A stretch of 64,000 nt of DNA, taken from contig NC_043004.1 of assembly GCF_006345805.1 (NCBI RefSeq), forward strand, positions 28,210,001 to 28,274,000, given 5' to 3'. Shown here in pieces: positions 25,051 to 40,037 of the stretch. Position numbers and translations under genes: made by a program. The notes under the pieces are model-generated. The model was not told where the DNA came from, made no database searches, and saw only the letters and a program-made list of their open reading frames with translations. The number at the start of each line of letters is the position of its first letter. Positions within the stretch are counted from its first letter, which is position 1. Source of the stretch: Octopus sinensis. Its lineage: Eukaryota.

Positions 25051-25964
25051 GACTTATAGATCTATTTACCACTCCTGTTTGTTTTTTAGCTCATTTTTCT
25101 TTCATCTTGTTTCTCTTCGATCAATTTTACATAGTTTCTCTCTTCCTTCTATTTCTTTCTCTTATGCACTTTGTCAATACCATATTTATCTCGGTCACCT
25201 ACCCCACTTTCTCTCCCGTTTCTCTCTTCTCTCTCTCCCTTTCCCTCTGGCGTTTGTGCTAGTAAAATATTGGAATTGGTAAAATGCCATTAAAAATATA
25301 TTTCCAGGAAACCTTGGCACTATAAAAAATCTTATAGTTTCTTGTCTTATTTACTGATTACTACATATTTTATTGTCCGTATTATTAATTATGGTTCGCT
25401 GTGACATTCACCCGTTGTTCATCATTGGTAAAATAATTATAAGGTCGTTGATCTCCGCTGTAATTCCCATCTTTACAAAAATGTTGTTGTTGGTTCACCG
25501 AAGGCTAACCATAATCGAGTAGATCTATAGCTAAAGCATTCAAGACATATCTTTCTTCTGTTCATGCTTCTCAAACACGGTGGATCTACAATTAAATTAT
25601 CTAATGTGACCCAGCAAAGCACCATATGAGGTGATGTTCACTGTTTTTACTAGCTTGTCATGCCATTATGTGAAGGTACCTTCCTTGGTCCAGTCTTTTA
25701 CATGTAACAGTTTCGCTATGTCGTATAAAATAGTTTCTGCTTCCTAAGATAATTACAAACACCAGGAATTTTGTTAGACTTTTGTTAAACAAAGAATAGA
25801 TTAAAATCGAATCCTAGGGCTGGTTGAGGAATATTTCATATTGATATCAGGGGGACGTAAAACAAAGAATTAAATATTTTTTTCAAACCCAAGAGGAATT
25901 TGAATCCAGAACGTAAAGACATGTTAACTAAATACAAAATATATACCGGAGTTTGAAGGAATTC

Positions 25965-27085
25965 AAGGTAGGATTTGTCGGAAAAAATTCATATAGCCAA
26001 AGTAATGTTCACACGCGAAGCAGGTGAACCTCTTATGGAGCCACATCGTAATATATGGTACAAGATTAAGTATAACTGACATTTTTTGTTTCTGGGCAGC
26101 ATGGTTCCCTAGATGCAGAAATACATGAACGCGTTCTGAAGGAATTGTAGCGTTTGGAAAGTTTGAATAAAAGAGTCTGGACAAATCACAGCATCACCAA
26201 CAAGATCAGGCGTTTGTATTCTAATAGTTATTTTGCTCTTTGCTCTTTCCTGAAACATGGACATTGCAATCTTCTTGAACGCTTTCATAAAAAAAATGTC
26301 TGATACATACTTGACATCAAGTGACAAAGTAAAACACTTGACACAGAACCTTTCAAAGGCAGGATGCACAAGCTTTCAATCACTTATAACAGTTAGATGC
26401 ATTGGCCGGGTCACGTTGTGCGTATGGAAAAAGCAGATTCCAAAGCGACTATTCTGCGGTGAGCTGTCTACCGACTGCGACTTAGGAACAAACCACAAAA
26501 ACAAAAACTAACTAAATAAAAATAAATAAAATAAACGTACAGAAACTGTCATAAAAGGCAACCTGAAGGAACTGCAAATCAGTGCGAATAACTAACTTTG
26601 GAAAGAGCAAAGTTGCGGAAACGTATTCGGGGAGGCTGTAAAACTTTCGAAGTGGGGCGCCTTGAGCATGAAAGTCTAAATCAGTAGATTTGGAGGTTGT
26701 CATCAGAATCTCAAACAGAACATAAAACGTTGGAGGTGTGAAACTTGTCGGGTACTCCTCTCCAAGGCTAGGTCTGTCAACCATCTCAAGTCCCGCAAAA
26801 GATCAAATGTCCTTCCTCCTAGACCAGTTAGTTCGACGTTCGTTGTATGTGAAAGGGCTTTCAAGTCGATTTCGTAACGGTTCACAGGCATCATATTTCG
26901 CAAAGTAATCCGATCGATCCAGTGGAACTTGCAACTATGCTTCAAACCATGCAGGATCTTCAGCGGAGCTGAATAGTCGTCTTAGCGGTTGTAAACGGAA
27001 TATCAGAAATGTCAGTGACAACGAGGAATCTCAGCGACATGGCAATCATCGATGAAAATGGAGCAATCACAAAGTATGTATGTAT
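25965..27085 (+). mobile_element. 5'-truncated, degenerate RTE-clade LINE ending in (TATG)n
   Basis: Frameshifted segments: KVMF, LGS..GSLDAEIHER, LLERFHKK, HWPGHVVRM, IPKRLFCGEL, WRCETCR..NHLKS zinc-finger-like motif, short 3' UTR, microsatellite tail. Confidence 0.88.
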
Positions 27086-27429
27086 GTATGTATTATGTAT
27101 GTATGTATGTATGTATGTATGTATGTATGTATGTGTGTGTGTGTATGTATGTATGTATGGATGGATGGATGGATGGATGGATGGATGGATGGATGGATAG
27201 GTGTGTGAGGTAGACGAAACAAAAATATTCTCAATATGCATATATTTCTATATATATTTCGTTTTGGATTTGGTTTGCAAGAATAGGGAAGTGTGGGAGA
27301 AAATCCAGAAAGGATGAAGAACAAGAGAGAGATAGAGAGATAGTAAAGAAGAAGAGTGCGCATCGTAATTATTAAGATAAAACTTGGAAAAGGATGCGTG
27401 GCGTTCGATCATATAATAATATAAATAAT

Positions 27430-27498
27430 ATATAAATATATGCATATATACATACATATATGTACATACCTACATATATATATATGTATATATATATG

Positions 27499-27561
<63 letters not shown>

Positions 27562-27566
27562 CATAT

Positions 27567-27621
<55 letters not shown>

Positions 27622-27631
27622 TATATATATT

Positions 27632-27675
<44 letters not shown>

Positions 27676-27680
27676 GCATG
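27430..27680. repeat. (TA)n microsatellite
   Basis: Direct inspection. Confidence 0.95.
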
Positions 27681-27892
27681 TATGTAAAAATATAGTTATA
27701 AATGTTTAGATCTGTGTATGTAAGAATTGTGTTTGTGTATACAGATGTAAGTAACATGTGGCTGTCCATATGGTTCAGGCTTCATTTGTGTACTTTGGCT
27801 AAGTTCTTCTACAATAACCTCAGCTCAACCAAAACCTTATGAGTGGACTTAGTAGACACATACACGGTAGACTTCTTAGTAAAAGAAGACCG

Positions 27893-27940
<48 letters not shown>

Positions 27941-27943
27941 GTG

Positions 27944-27984
<41 letters not shown>

Positions 27985-29909
27985 GTGTGTGTGTGTGTCT
28001 GTCTGTCACTGTGTGCATGAATGTCAGATAGCCTATGTGGAAAACGATTGGATGACACAACGTTTGAGAGGAAAAGATGAAAAGTATGAAATTTTACCAA
28101 TATGAGCAAAGTGAAATGGACACAAATACGTATGTGTGTGTGTGTGTGAATGTATTTATGCATGTGTGTATTTATGTATATGTTTTATGTGGCCAAAAAC
28201 TTGAAACGACGTGTTGAAACAAAAGTTTTATTAGTATAGTTACACATACAAACACAGATACGCGCGCGCACACACACGCACACACACATTTAAGTATGAG
28301 ATATGTATAAACGTATATAAAATTTATCCATACTTTTAATTTATGGTCTTTATTGAATGAAAAAAAAAATTAAAACAAAAATAATAAAAAGACAATAAAT
28401 ATAACAAAAAAAACTATAAGGACTTCAAATAAAGAAATCGATACTGTTCTATGTGATCAATTTTGAATATCTGATCTAGTAGCGGAAATTCAATAATCGT
28501 ATCAATTCATTGCAAAATATTACGAACCATAACGTATGTTCTTTCTATTGATCTGACAGACCGTAGATATTTTTGTAATGTGATGTCTACTATATCAAAT
28601 GGTTATGATGTGGAGTAAATTTAAGACTGGCTTCCGAGTCAACTTACAGCTGTGTTTCAGTTCCTTTAACACATTACTTCATTGTAACACTGGCAATAAT
28701 CACAAAATTTTGCTGTCTGTGTCGCTTGATTCATAATTTGGTATTATGTCAGTTGTTTGTCATGGTAATACTGTTGTGATTAGCTTTAGTTTAGAATTGA
28801 TGGTTCCGGTTTGATACAGTGTACATACATTTAGGAATAAAACAATGACGACTGGATTTGGAGCCGGCTGAAATATAAAGATACAGATATATTGAAAAAA
28901 TATCTTATCTATGAAAATGAATTTAAATTTGCAAAGACTATTAACTTAGACCAACAACGCCTCTATGACATTTTAATATTTTTAATTATGCAATTTATGA
29001 TGTCTTTTGAGATCGGAGAAAGTGATGTCACGATAAGAGAGCCAAGTGACAGAAATCGATGCCGATCGTGTCGGATCTAGATTTATTGAGCTATTGAGGG
29101 TTAATTCTGTTAATTTGTTTAGCTGTGAACTGATCAAAGCATTGATGTAACAAGTCTATGGCCAGTAAACCGATATCGTATAAAACTTCTTACGAGCAGA
29201 AGTACAGTCCATTCAGATATTGAGAAAAGACCGAAGTTTAAGGCATATTCCCAGAACCCAACTCTCTCCAAGCTATTAATGACATTCAAAATTACAGGCA
29301 AAATACAGGTGTTATTTAGGAAAATGTTTTGATACATTCTACAAAGACACGAACATCACAATATGAACATGAATTGTATCAGAGATGCAAATGAAATTGC
29401 TTAGCTGCAAACCGGAGCCGTTTAGCGGATTCGGTTCGTTAGTTACTTGCCTCTTACTATATGGCAGCCGTACAATTCTGATTAAATCTTCAGCTTTACT
29501 TAATCATTCACAATTTCTAGACACGCAAACTTGATTACTTCTATCTTAAGTGGTCTCCTTACTTTTATTGACTGTCTCACCCAAGATAGTGAAGTTTTGC
29601 GCTTCATTTCACTGATACAATCAAAGTATTTTATAGAATCAATAATAACCACGGCTTTTTATTAAGCACGCTATTATTATTAATGTTGGTTGGTGTGCTA
29701 GTATATGTGATGACCAGCTTCAAGTAGGTTTTGTTAATTGACTCTATCAATCAGGAATATCAGATATAACGGGTGAAACAATGATTTCTCAATTATACTC
29801 GATATCCTTCTTTTCCATTTCATGTAAATTAGAGCTAAGAGTCTTCGCGCTTTTCTTAAAATATAAAATTACCCTATATATATAATACATAAAATATATA
29901 AACCGTATA

Positions 29910-29968
<59 letters not shown>

Positions 29969-29974
29969 ATTTCT

Positions 29975-30285
29975 AATTCCTTGCAGTTAATTGACTGCGG
30001 CCATGCTGGGGCACCGCCTTGAAGGGTTTTTGTCAAACAAATCGACCTTAGGACTTACTTTTTGAAGCCTAGTACTTATTTTATCGTTCTCTTTTCCGAA
30101 CCGCTAAGTTCCGAGGACGTGAACACACCACCACTAGTTGTAGGCACATACCAGACAAACACACACACACACAGACTCACACACAAAAGAACACACACAC
30201 ACACACACACACAAAAGCACACACACACGTACATATGTACGACGGGCTTCATTTTTCCGTCTACCAAATCCACTCACAAGGCTTT
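29975..30285 (-). mobile_element. SINE family B, partial
   Basis: GACTGCGGCCATGCTGGGGCACCGCC..CCGAACCGCTAAG..CCGTCTACCAAATCCACTCACAAGGC. Confidence 0.82.
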
Positions 30286-30721
30286 GTTAAAAATAGCAGC
30301 CATGTTTTTTTCTCAGACCACATCCCAATGTTTTAAAAATTAAAAGATCATACTTCACAATGTGCCCTGTTATGCTTTTAGGCACATCATATCTAAAAAT
30401 AATAAAGATGTGGTGCTTACGTAAGATACTCCTTTGATGAAATCTGTTTTTTGTATGTTTGTTTTTTCTCAAGTGATATTAAAAAATCTTCAAAATGTGG
30501 CCATCAAATAGTAAAGGACTTTTATTGAGTATACGGCTGAAGACATTGGAATTTCAAGGAAGAATGCACGGTACAAGGTACCGAGGCCGACGTCGATTAC
30601 ACGAGAGCCCTGCTGAGTATAACAGGACTACTGTGTAATTCCTTTTTTCAGTTTTACTCCACACTCTCTAACACACACACACACACACATACGCACACAT
30701 ATTAGTTTGTTTTTTTTCTTT

Positions 30722-31057
30722 TTTCTTTTACTTGTTTCAGTCATTTGACTGCGGCCATGCTGGAGCACCGCCTTTAGTCGAGAAAATCGACCCCGGGACT
30801 TATTCTTTGTAAGCCCAATACTTATTCTATCGGTCTCTTTTTGCCGAACCGCTAAGTGACGGGGACGTAAACACACCAGCATCGGTTGTCAAGCAATGCT
30901 AGGGTGACAAACATAGACACACAAACATACACACATATATATACATATATACGACAGGCTTCTTTCAGGTTCCGTCTACCAAATCCACTCACAAGGCATT
31001 GGTCGGCCCGAGGCTATAGTAGAAGACACTTGCCCAAGATGCCACGCAGTGGGACTG
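30722..31057 (-). mobile_element. SINE family B, head-truncated
   Basis: Near-identical to 13903-14240. Confidence 0.88.
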
Positions 31058-32179
31058 TATAACTACATAGACATACAAGCATGGCAAATTAAGCTATTTC
31101 TCCTTAGTTTTAGAATGAAAATAAACGATAAACAACCTAAATCGATTATCGGATATTATTGGGTTCTCGTCAGATGTGTCTACATCATTTGACTAAACCA
31201 GAGAAATACGTAACTAACCTATTTATATACACAAGAAATCCAGTAGCTTCAGAGGAGACGGGCCTACTAATTTACATATTATAAGTGTTCAACACTTTAT
31301 TTAATATCAGCAACCTGTCAACGGGATCTCAGTCTACACATATCGAAGTTTGTATAAATTATATACACAGAAAGTCACTACACATACACTTTATATACAC
31401 AACAAATCACTACCACTATGTATAATTTCGTCTTCTGTTATTATACAAAGCCTATTTCAAATTGTGAAGAGTTATTCGTAATCTTTGAACAAAAGATAAA
31501 ATGCTACTTTGTAGACTTTATTGAGTGCATTTGAGTACAAACAAATATTTGATAGGAAGCAGCCTATTCTTAAAAGATATAGCCCGACAGAGTTTTGTTG
31601 TTGTTATTGATGTTCCTTGTTTTTTGCATTCTTCTTATTTTCATGTTTTTTCTTGTCTCGATCGTCTCTCTCTCAATTCCTACCGCATTTACAATCCTTG
31701 TGCTGTTTAACTGAACTAATACACTTAGCAAGTTGTTGAATCTGTCAACAACTGCACTGTTTAATAAACTGCCTGCACCGACAGACCATCACAATACATG
31801 GCCTCTTGCTAAGATATATAAACTATTTTACAGTAAAATATAAAAAAAAATAGGCATACGAAAAAAAACAAGCAAAAAATTAAAGTGAAGGGGGAAAATG
31901 TACTTGAGCTGTTTAGTGTAAATTCCATTCAGCTTTCTTGCGATTTACACTTCCCTTGCTTTCATGGTGTCGAGAACGTCTTTTATTTGTGGCTTTCTTA
32001 GTTCAGTATTAACTTTCTTTATTTCTTTAGCAATGCTCTTTCGGTGGTTTCAATTTCCAACTGTCAAGAGAGATGTTTTAAGTGTTTTAACACTCTCTTG
32101 TGAAAATGAATGTAGTCTGGACACAACATCCGTTTAGTTCGTCTGCATTATTAATTTCAACGCATATATTCTTTTCTAT

Positions 32180-32310
32180 TCTAGGCACAAGGCCCGAAAT
32201 TTTGGGGGAGGGGCCAGTCGATTAGATCGACCCCTGTACGCAACTGGTACTTAATTTATCGACCGCGAAAGGAGTAAAGGCAAAGTCGACATCGGCTGAA
32301 TTTGACGTAG
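32180..32310 (-). mobile_element. SINE family A, 3' half
   Basis: GGCACAAGGCCCGAAATTT..AAAGGCAAAGTCGACATCGGC. Confidence 0.8.
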
Positions 32311-32566
32311 TGACAAACTCTTGTGTGACGCGAGTGCCAGTCTCTAAAGAAAGTTTGTCAGCAAGAAAGAAAAAAGAAAGAAGGCAGGCTAGATGACCAG
32401 AGACTACAAACACTGCAGATTTGCAGTGAGAGTATATTTCTTTCTATCATGTGCATTTGCAATCACAAGTAAATGCGCATATGTATGCTCATGCATACCT
32501 ACACAGTCTTTGATGGACATGGACTTAATGTTCAAATTTTATTTGACAGTTTTTTTTTTCCTGCAG

Positions 32567-32603
32567 GGTTTTCAAAAATAGCCTTACTCCCCAAGCATAC
32601 TTG
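32567..32603 (+). CDS. Candidate 37-nt internal exon
   Basis: Very strong acceptor T10-CCTGCAG|G and donor TTG|gtaggg. Two open frames (VFKNSLTPQAYL or FSKIALLPKHT). No homology recognised. Confidence 0.22.
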
Positions 32604-32739
32604 GTAGGGATGCCCGTTTAGTCGCCGATGACTCAAGCCGGTGCCGATAGAACTCAGGTTCTTAACAGGGGCGGGTCAGAGAGAAGATTATAACATAAAG
32701 TAGTACGAGGCCTAAGTATGTCTAATATAGCTTTCAAAT

Positions 32740-32940
32740 TTTGGAACAAGGCCATCAATTTTGGGAGAAGAGTTAAGTCGGTTACATCGACCCCAGTGCT
32801 CAACTGGTACTTATTTTATCGACCCCGAAAGGATGAAAGGCAACGTCGGCCTCAGTGGAACTGAGAACGCTAAGGAGGACGAAATATCACTAAGCATTTT
32901 CTTTTGGCATGCTAACAACTCTGCCAGCTCGCCGGCCCAA
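32740..32940 (-). mobile_element. SINE family A
   Basis: TCGACCCCAGTGCTCAACTGGTACTTATTTTATCGACCCCGAAAGGATGAAAGGC..TCTGCCAGCTCGCC. Confidence 0.82.
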
Positions 32941-33139
32941 GTATATCAGATATGAGTTTCAAATTTTGACACATCCCGAAAGGATGATAGGTAAATTCGA
33001 AATCAGAACGTAAAAACGGTCGAAATGCCGTTAACAATTCTGCTATGTATATCAAATACCAATGATATATTAAAATGCCAAGTTGTTTTTAGTATTTTTA
33101 TATACGTAGTCTAAAGCTCTAAACATTGCTTTATTTAGT

Positions 33140-33295
33140 TGATGCGTTTATACCCCCGTAACTTAGTGGTCCGGCAAAAGTGAACAAGTGCGTAATTAAA
33201 TACTAGAGTCGATTCGTTCGACTACTAATCTTCAAGACAATGCCTCAGCATGACTGTATGTTAATGACTGAAACAAGTAAAAGATGGAAAATAAT
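33140..33295 (+). mobile_element. SINE family B, 3' fragment
   Basis: CCCGTAACTTAG..GGCAAAAG..GACTGAAACAAGTAAAAGA. Confidence 0.7.
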
Positions 33296-33654
33296 TGAAC
33301 CAAGAAGCTTTAAACTCACAGCTGATTTGATCAATGTATAAGTTTGGGAGATAAGAATTTTTACTTATTTCCACCGTAAGAATTTATAAGACACTCTAAC
33401 GACTCTGGCGACTCGCCGCCTTTACATAAGTAAATGACAATAAATAATGTGCTTTATTTGGACCAATTGTCTAACATCATTTCACTCAACACATAATCAG
33501 TTGCATGTTTCCTAGTGTATTACAGCTACTTACTGTTGCTAAATATGGCAGTGGCAAGAATTACTTCATCACTACTTGATACCATATATAGAGAAATGCC
33601 ATGAGCAAGTATCTTTTACTCGACCAAAGCCTTGCTATATAAAAAAGAATGTCT

Positions 33655-34146
33655 AACACATTCATACATACATACATACATACATACATACATACTTTCA
33701 TACATAAATACATACATACATACATACATACATACATACATACATACATACATACATGCAGCATGCATACATACATACATACATACATACATACACACCA
33801 CACACATACATACATACATACATACTACATACACACACACACACATACATATTACATACATACACATACTACATACATACACACACACACATACATACAT
33901 CATACATCATACATACAGACACACATACATACATACATACATGCATACATACATCATACAGACACACATACATACATACATACATACATACATACATACA
34001 TACATACACATACATACACACACACACATACATACTACATGCCTACATACATACATACAGACACACTACATAATACCTACATGCATACATACATACATAC
34101 AGACACACATACATACATACATACATACTACTACATACTACATACA

Positions 34147-34182
<36 letters not shown>

Positions 34183-34275
34183 TACATACATATATACATA
34201 CATACATGTCTGATTGTTTGTGTATGTCTGTGTGTGTGTGTGTGTGTGGGTGCGTGTGTGTGTGTGTGTGTGCAT
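33655..34275. repeat. (CATA)n compound microsatellite, ~600 bp
   Basis: Direct inspection. Confidence 0.96.
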
Positions 34276-35253
34276 GTGTGAGTTCCTGTTTGAAGCCAAT
34301 GCTTCAATAAAAGGACCCAAGACAAGAATATGAAAAAGCATCCAAGTTTTTGTAGCCATGTTTGTTGGATATTTGCTATGTATTACTAGTAAATATGTGT
34401 CAACAATATGACTGAGAAAAAATACCTCACATTGCGAAACACCTTGGTATCTATAAACACGTGACCTTCCGAAATAATTCCCTGTAACCCTAACAAACAA
34501 GATTGTCTACTGTCTACGCCTCCACCACTGTCACAATATCTATTCAGACAGTTTTTGTAATCTCTTTCACTCTCCTTCCTACACTTTCCTCTCTCTCTCT
34601 CTCTATTATTTTAATGTCAAAGTAGAACTAATAATCAGTAAATAATATATTTACTTGCTTTTAAAAGTCATTAGTAACATATTTTCTTCTAATACTAATA
34701 GCTTCCACGCTTGGTTGAATCCAGCTGAGATTCCTTTGAATTCCTTTGAATTCAGCACCAAAACAATATCCTCGCCTCAGGAATTATTTTCGCATGCTCT
34801 ACAAGTAAAATATGCCAATAAATAATTTAAATGAAAACTAAAATATAATAATAATAATAATTCAATTGTTTATTCATCTAATCTTAAATTCAGTTTCTGG
34901 GACGTTACTTCTAGAGTAAGTTCTCGAAATTTGGTTCACAACTCTATTGTTGGTAGAACAAAAGAAACAAAATATTAACACAATCTCTTTGTATTTCTCT
35001 GCTGTTTTGTTTTTTATTCTTTTATTAAACAAAAGTCTATAGTTGTAACTTGACAGCACAACGTCTTCTTGTACTTTGTTGCTATTTCATTATAATTCAA
35101 TAATCGTCGTAATCAAGCGTCACTATTATAAAATTCTAAACGTCCATGATCATGTTTATACAAAATAGCCGATAGAAATAGCAGACGCAGATTCAGATTA
35201 TCAGAATATGTTTGAATTAATGGACAAAATACTGTGGTAGGAAAACTCGGTTA

Positions 35254-35681
35254 GGATCTTTTCGTTTTGAACGACAGTTTTTAACATAATTTCTAGGTAA
35301 CTAAAAAATTTTTAACTTCGTATACTGGTAGAATGTGTTTATAAAACATCTTTTTCTCTTGGCTTTATTGAAAAAATTCTATTGTTTGCAAGATATTTGT
35401 TGTTTGTTTCGTCAATTTCTGCAATTTCAACCAACCAGTGACGTCTATTGAGTTAAAAAGCATTCTGTGCCGTATGAATATATCCCTCGTTTAAGAAACA
35501 GATTGGGTTTATTTACATTTGTGAATAAAAAAAACCCTTCTCCCATCCCTAACCCCTAACTAACCCTAACCCTAACCCTAAAACAGATTGAAATGCAATA
35601 GATCGATTCTAGGGTCATAATTATGGGTGACAATTTCATATGACACCGCTAGAAAAACTGCCGTTCAAACCGAAAAGATAC
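35254..35681 (-). mobile_element. TTAGGG-containing MITE, copy 2 (inverted relative to copy 1), 8-bp TSD
   Basis: Same TIRs with a few substitutions. CTCGGTTA at 35246-35253 and 35682-35689. CCCTAA array at 35548-35582. Confidence 0.92.
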
Positions 35682-36176
35682 CTCGGTTATATAACAAATA
35701 CACAGACGTACACTTACATGAATTTATACACACGTAATCTATAGGGTACTCCATAAAATGTAAAGACATACTGAATTATTATAATGTCAATATTTACTAA
35801 AATACTCGTCTTTTTCAAAATGCAAAGCAGTTAACAAACAGAAATTAATTTCTTTTGGTTGTTTATGAATATCTGTTTTCACACTGATGACTGTTTGGGA
35901 CCAAGCAGTGGTGATAACACAAAGCAATGGCATTGCAAACATCTCGAAATATTTCGTATGGTATTTCTACGCATTCTTTGTTCAATGGCTGTCCTCTTTT
36001 CCTCGATTGATGCTAGTATTGAACCATAAACTCTGTCATTTAAGTATTCCCATTACAAAAGTCTTCTGTTGTGAGGTCCGTGAACGCGGAAAGTATTCTA
36101 CTGAACTGCTTCATTCAAACCATCTGTTTAGCAAAATCGCCTCAATGTAGGTTCTTATGTTACTATGGTAAAATGT

Positions 36177-36245
<69 letters not shown>

Positions 36246-36539
36246 GGTGGGTCGTGTTGTGCTCGTATGTGTCCGAATGTGTTAGTGTGCATTAAGTAAA
36301 ATCAGTTAAAATCAATTTAATGAATAATCTCCAAACCAGTGAACCCAATAAAAACGAACCTCAAATATATTCATTCAAATCGACTGTCAAGTTAGGGTCA
36401 ATACATACATATAGGCTAAATCAGATGCTATTATTTAAAAAAGCACTTCAAACCTATTTGAAAATAAATTTTCTTGAATATAACTTTTCCTTCTTCATGA
36501 GAGGATGAAAAATTTCCTAAACATGTTGAAACAATATAT

Positions 36540-36945
<406 letters not shown>

Positions 36946-38206
36946 GGCGATTTTTTTCCTGCTTCTTCCTTCTTCTTGTTGGACTTCCTGTTTTTCCTGT
37001 TTCCGAAGTGGAGCGCTGCGCGAAACGTAAAGCAACTACTTATTCCTTCTGCGAGCGTCATAATAATACTTTGCTTTTGCTACGACCTCAAGTTTGTTTG
37101 TTTCTCTTTTTCTTTTTCTCTTTTCCCTATTTTTTCTCTCTGTTTTTTTTTTTTAATTAGCTATATATATATATTCGTAAATTTGTTACGAATATCATCA
37201 ATTGTTACGAACCTCATTCGGTTCTTAGCGGACTTTATAATGCTACCCGTTATTCTTCTAGTGACTGCAATTATTGTAACTGAATTTATCGACCTCAACA
37301 CTTTATTTGAGAAATATTTCATTGTTCAGGAAAAATACGAAATATAAAGTGGACGTTAGCTTAACGGGTGATAACTCAGGCGGATATGAATACAGCAAAG
37401 GTATTTCTGTTCCCGCCACACTGACACACACGCATGCGCTTAAACACACATACATACAAATATATACATGCATACATGCATACATACATATATATATATA
37501 TATATATTATACATACACGCCAAGAGAAAATACCAGTAGGAACGAACAAAATGTATTCGTTTGTTACATCCTTTAGTCTTGAATCATATTGGAAAATCTT
37601 ATCCTAGATATACAAGAATGCGTTTTCACATCTGTAAAACTTTTCATCAAGATTCTGCTCAGCCAGGGTTTTTTTGGTGTGAGTATCACAAAACATATCT
37701 ACAATGTAGTTTGCACTTCTCTGCATTTCAGTCTTCCGCTTCAAGAGAGTTAAAGTGGTAAAAGACTCAGGGAACAACCTCTGTGAAAGATAACGAAAAA
37801 TTAGTATAGACGCCATTAGGAAAGAACTAGAAAATATACGGTATTGCCTTTCAAAACAAAATAGTGAGAACATTTCATCAGGTAATTTATTTGTAAGATG
37901 AGAACTAGAAGAGGAAGTATTTAGCAAATATCACAGCTTTTATATCAAGATCTGTTAAACTATTGATTTCCAGAGCGGTACTTTTCAATCTATCACTGAT
38001 AAGCGCGTGCGTACCTGTCTATACACACACACATACACACATACACACACACACACACACACACATGCACACACACACGCACACACACACGTACACACAC
38101 ATGCACACATACACACACACCACATGTTCTCGCTCGCACGCGTATGAACACATACAAACCTATTTTGTATGTGTGTACATATATATATATGTAAATATAA
38201 GTGTTC

Positions 38207-38274
<68 letters not shown>

Positions 38275-38319
38275 ATATATATACATATGTAATGAAATGT
38301 TCTAGCTTTCTGTAATCAG

Positions 38320-38416
38320 AGAATATGAAGAAGAAATGCTAACCCAAATAACTCTCTTTGATCCTAACAAGATGAGATTTGTTTCAAACAGAGAGACTTG
38401 TAGGCTTTCCAGAGAG
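38320..38416 (+). CDS. Candidate 97-nt exon [32 protein letters not shown]
   Basis: Acceptor ttctgtaatcag|, consensus donor GAG|gtaagt, only one of three frames open. No homology recognised. Confidence 0.3.
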
Positions 38417-40037
38417 GTAAGTATGTTTATCAGACTCAATTATTATATAGTTTAAATAGATTGTTTGTGTGCGTGTTTGTGTTTGCATGTGTGTGTATGT
38501 GTGTGCGTGTGTAGTGTGTGTAAGTGTGTTAATGTGAGGGTATGTGTCTTGTGTGTCTATGTATATATTTTGTGTATATATATATAAATATATATATATG
38601 TCAAGGATATGGATGTGTGAAACCATTTAAATGTTCCTAGTGATATTCATACAGTATTAACATTACATAGTGAACGTTAGAAACAGGTGTTGTTAACAAA
38701 GAACGCTATAAAACTATTTAATTTAACAGTCGATCAATAGGAATACGAGATTTTACTAAGGTGTTACTTGTATGACTATAAAATATTGTACATGTAAGAC
38801 AGTTTTGTGTTTATAACCTAATAAAAAAAAGTTGGGCGATAAGACGGTAATTAAAATGCAATTATTTGTTTGGTTGAAGTTGTATATATTTCTAAAATTA
38901 TTATTCGTGTAGTGTAAATTATTCTTGTTAACAGTGAAACTCAAAGTTGATAAAGCTATAAAAATAGCGTATAGAATGTTGGGTTAAAAAACTTTGGATA
39001 GAAAAAAAGTCGAAGACTGCAGGTTTCTTTTCTCACCTATTATTCTACACGCTACTATTTATAGCTTTATCGACTTCGAATTTCAACCCTTAAAATAAAT
39101 AATTACTTCATACCTCTCGAACTTTGTAAATATAATTTGAGTATTCTTGTGTAGCATTAACATTTCTGTAAATGGAATTTGAAGGGTGGGATTCATTTTT
39201 ATTGTTGTGTTGAATTTTCTTAAAACCATTAGGGGGAACAAAATGGTCAGAAATGATGACTTTAAGTTGAGAACTAGTAACAATTTACCCGTGAAATTAA
39301 TATACTGAGATTTATTGTGTATTCTGTTGTTTGCCTTACTATATGTAATCTCTGGGTAGGTCTACGATTATCCCCTCCTTTTCTTTCGAACTATATCTTC
39401 CAATACGTTCTTCCAGGTTTTATGATGGAAGGGTGTAACTTAAAGGTGATTTGGCTGCCTTTCCTAGCATGTCGAGAGACTACAATAGAGTCTCTCTCGC
39501 TCTTTCTTTATTATAAGTGTTCAAGCTTTTTGAACACGTTTCGTATACGATAATGAAGACTGTGTGGAAGTCGTACCTTGTTCGGGGACGTTACTGGTAT
39601 AATTACAGCTGGAAACCAATGTTGGAACCGACTTTTGCGTGTACAAGTCCTTATATTTCTTATAAATGAACTAAGTTCTGAGTTAAACATAGAGATGACA
39701 TGATATATTGTCGACATAAGACAGACATTTATTGACATTAAAAGTGTTAGAGAGCAAAGATGATGCATGTATGAAGTGGAGTCAGTAATAATAGACGAAA
39801 CAAAAATACTGTAGCGGGTCCAATGCTTTATGTTTGCAATCACGTCCACTGTTCACATCAGAGTTGTTATTTCAAATTGTATAAAACATCACATTCGACG
39901 GTGAAGTATAACGTCATTTAAATCGACCTTAGACGATGTCTGTTACTCGTGTAATATACCCTGGAGATAAGAAAAGTAAAATTGTTTCAGTAAAGAACCT
40001 CGATTACCGCTGTTTTTCACACTGCCACTCAGACATT

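Noticed and set aside
33632-34281. His/Thr/Tyr/Ile-rich ORFs of ~200 aa
   Set aside because: (CATA)n microsatellite read-through.
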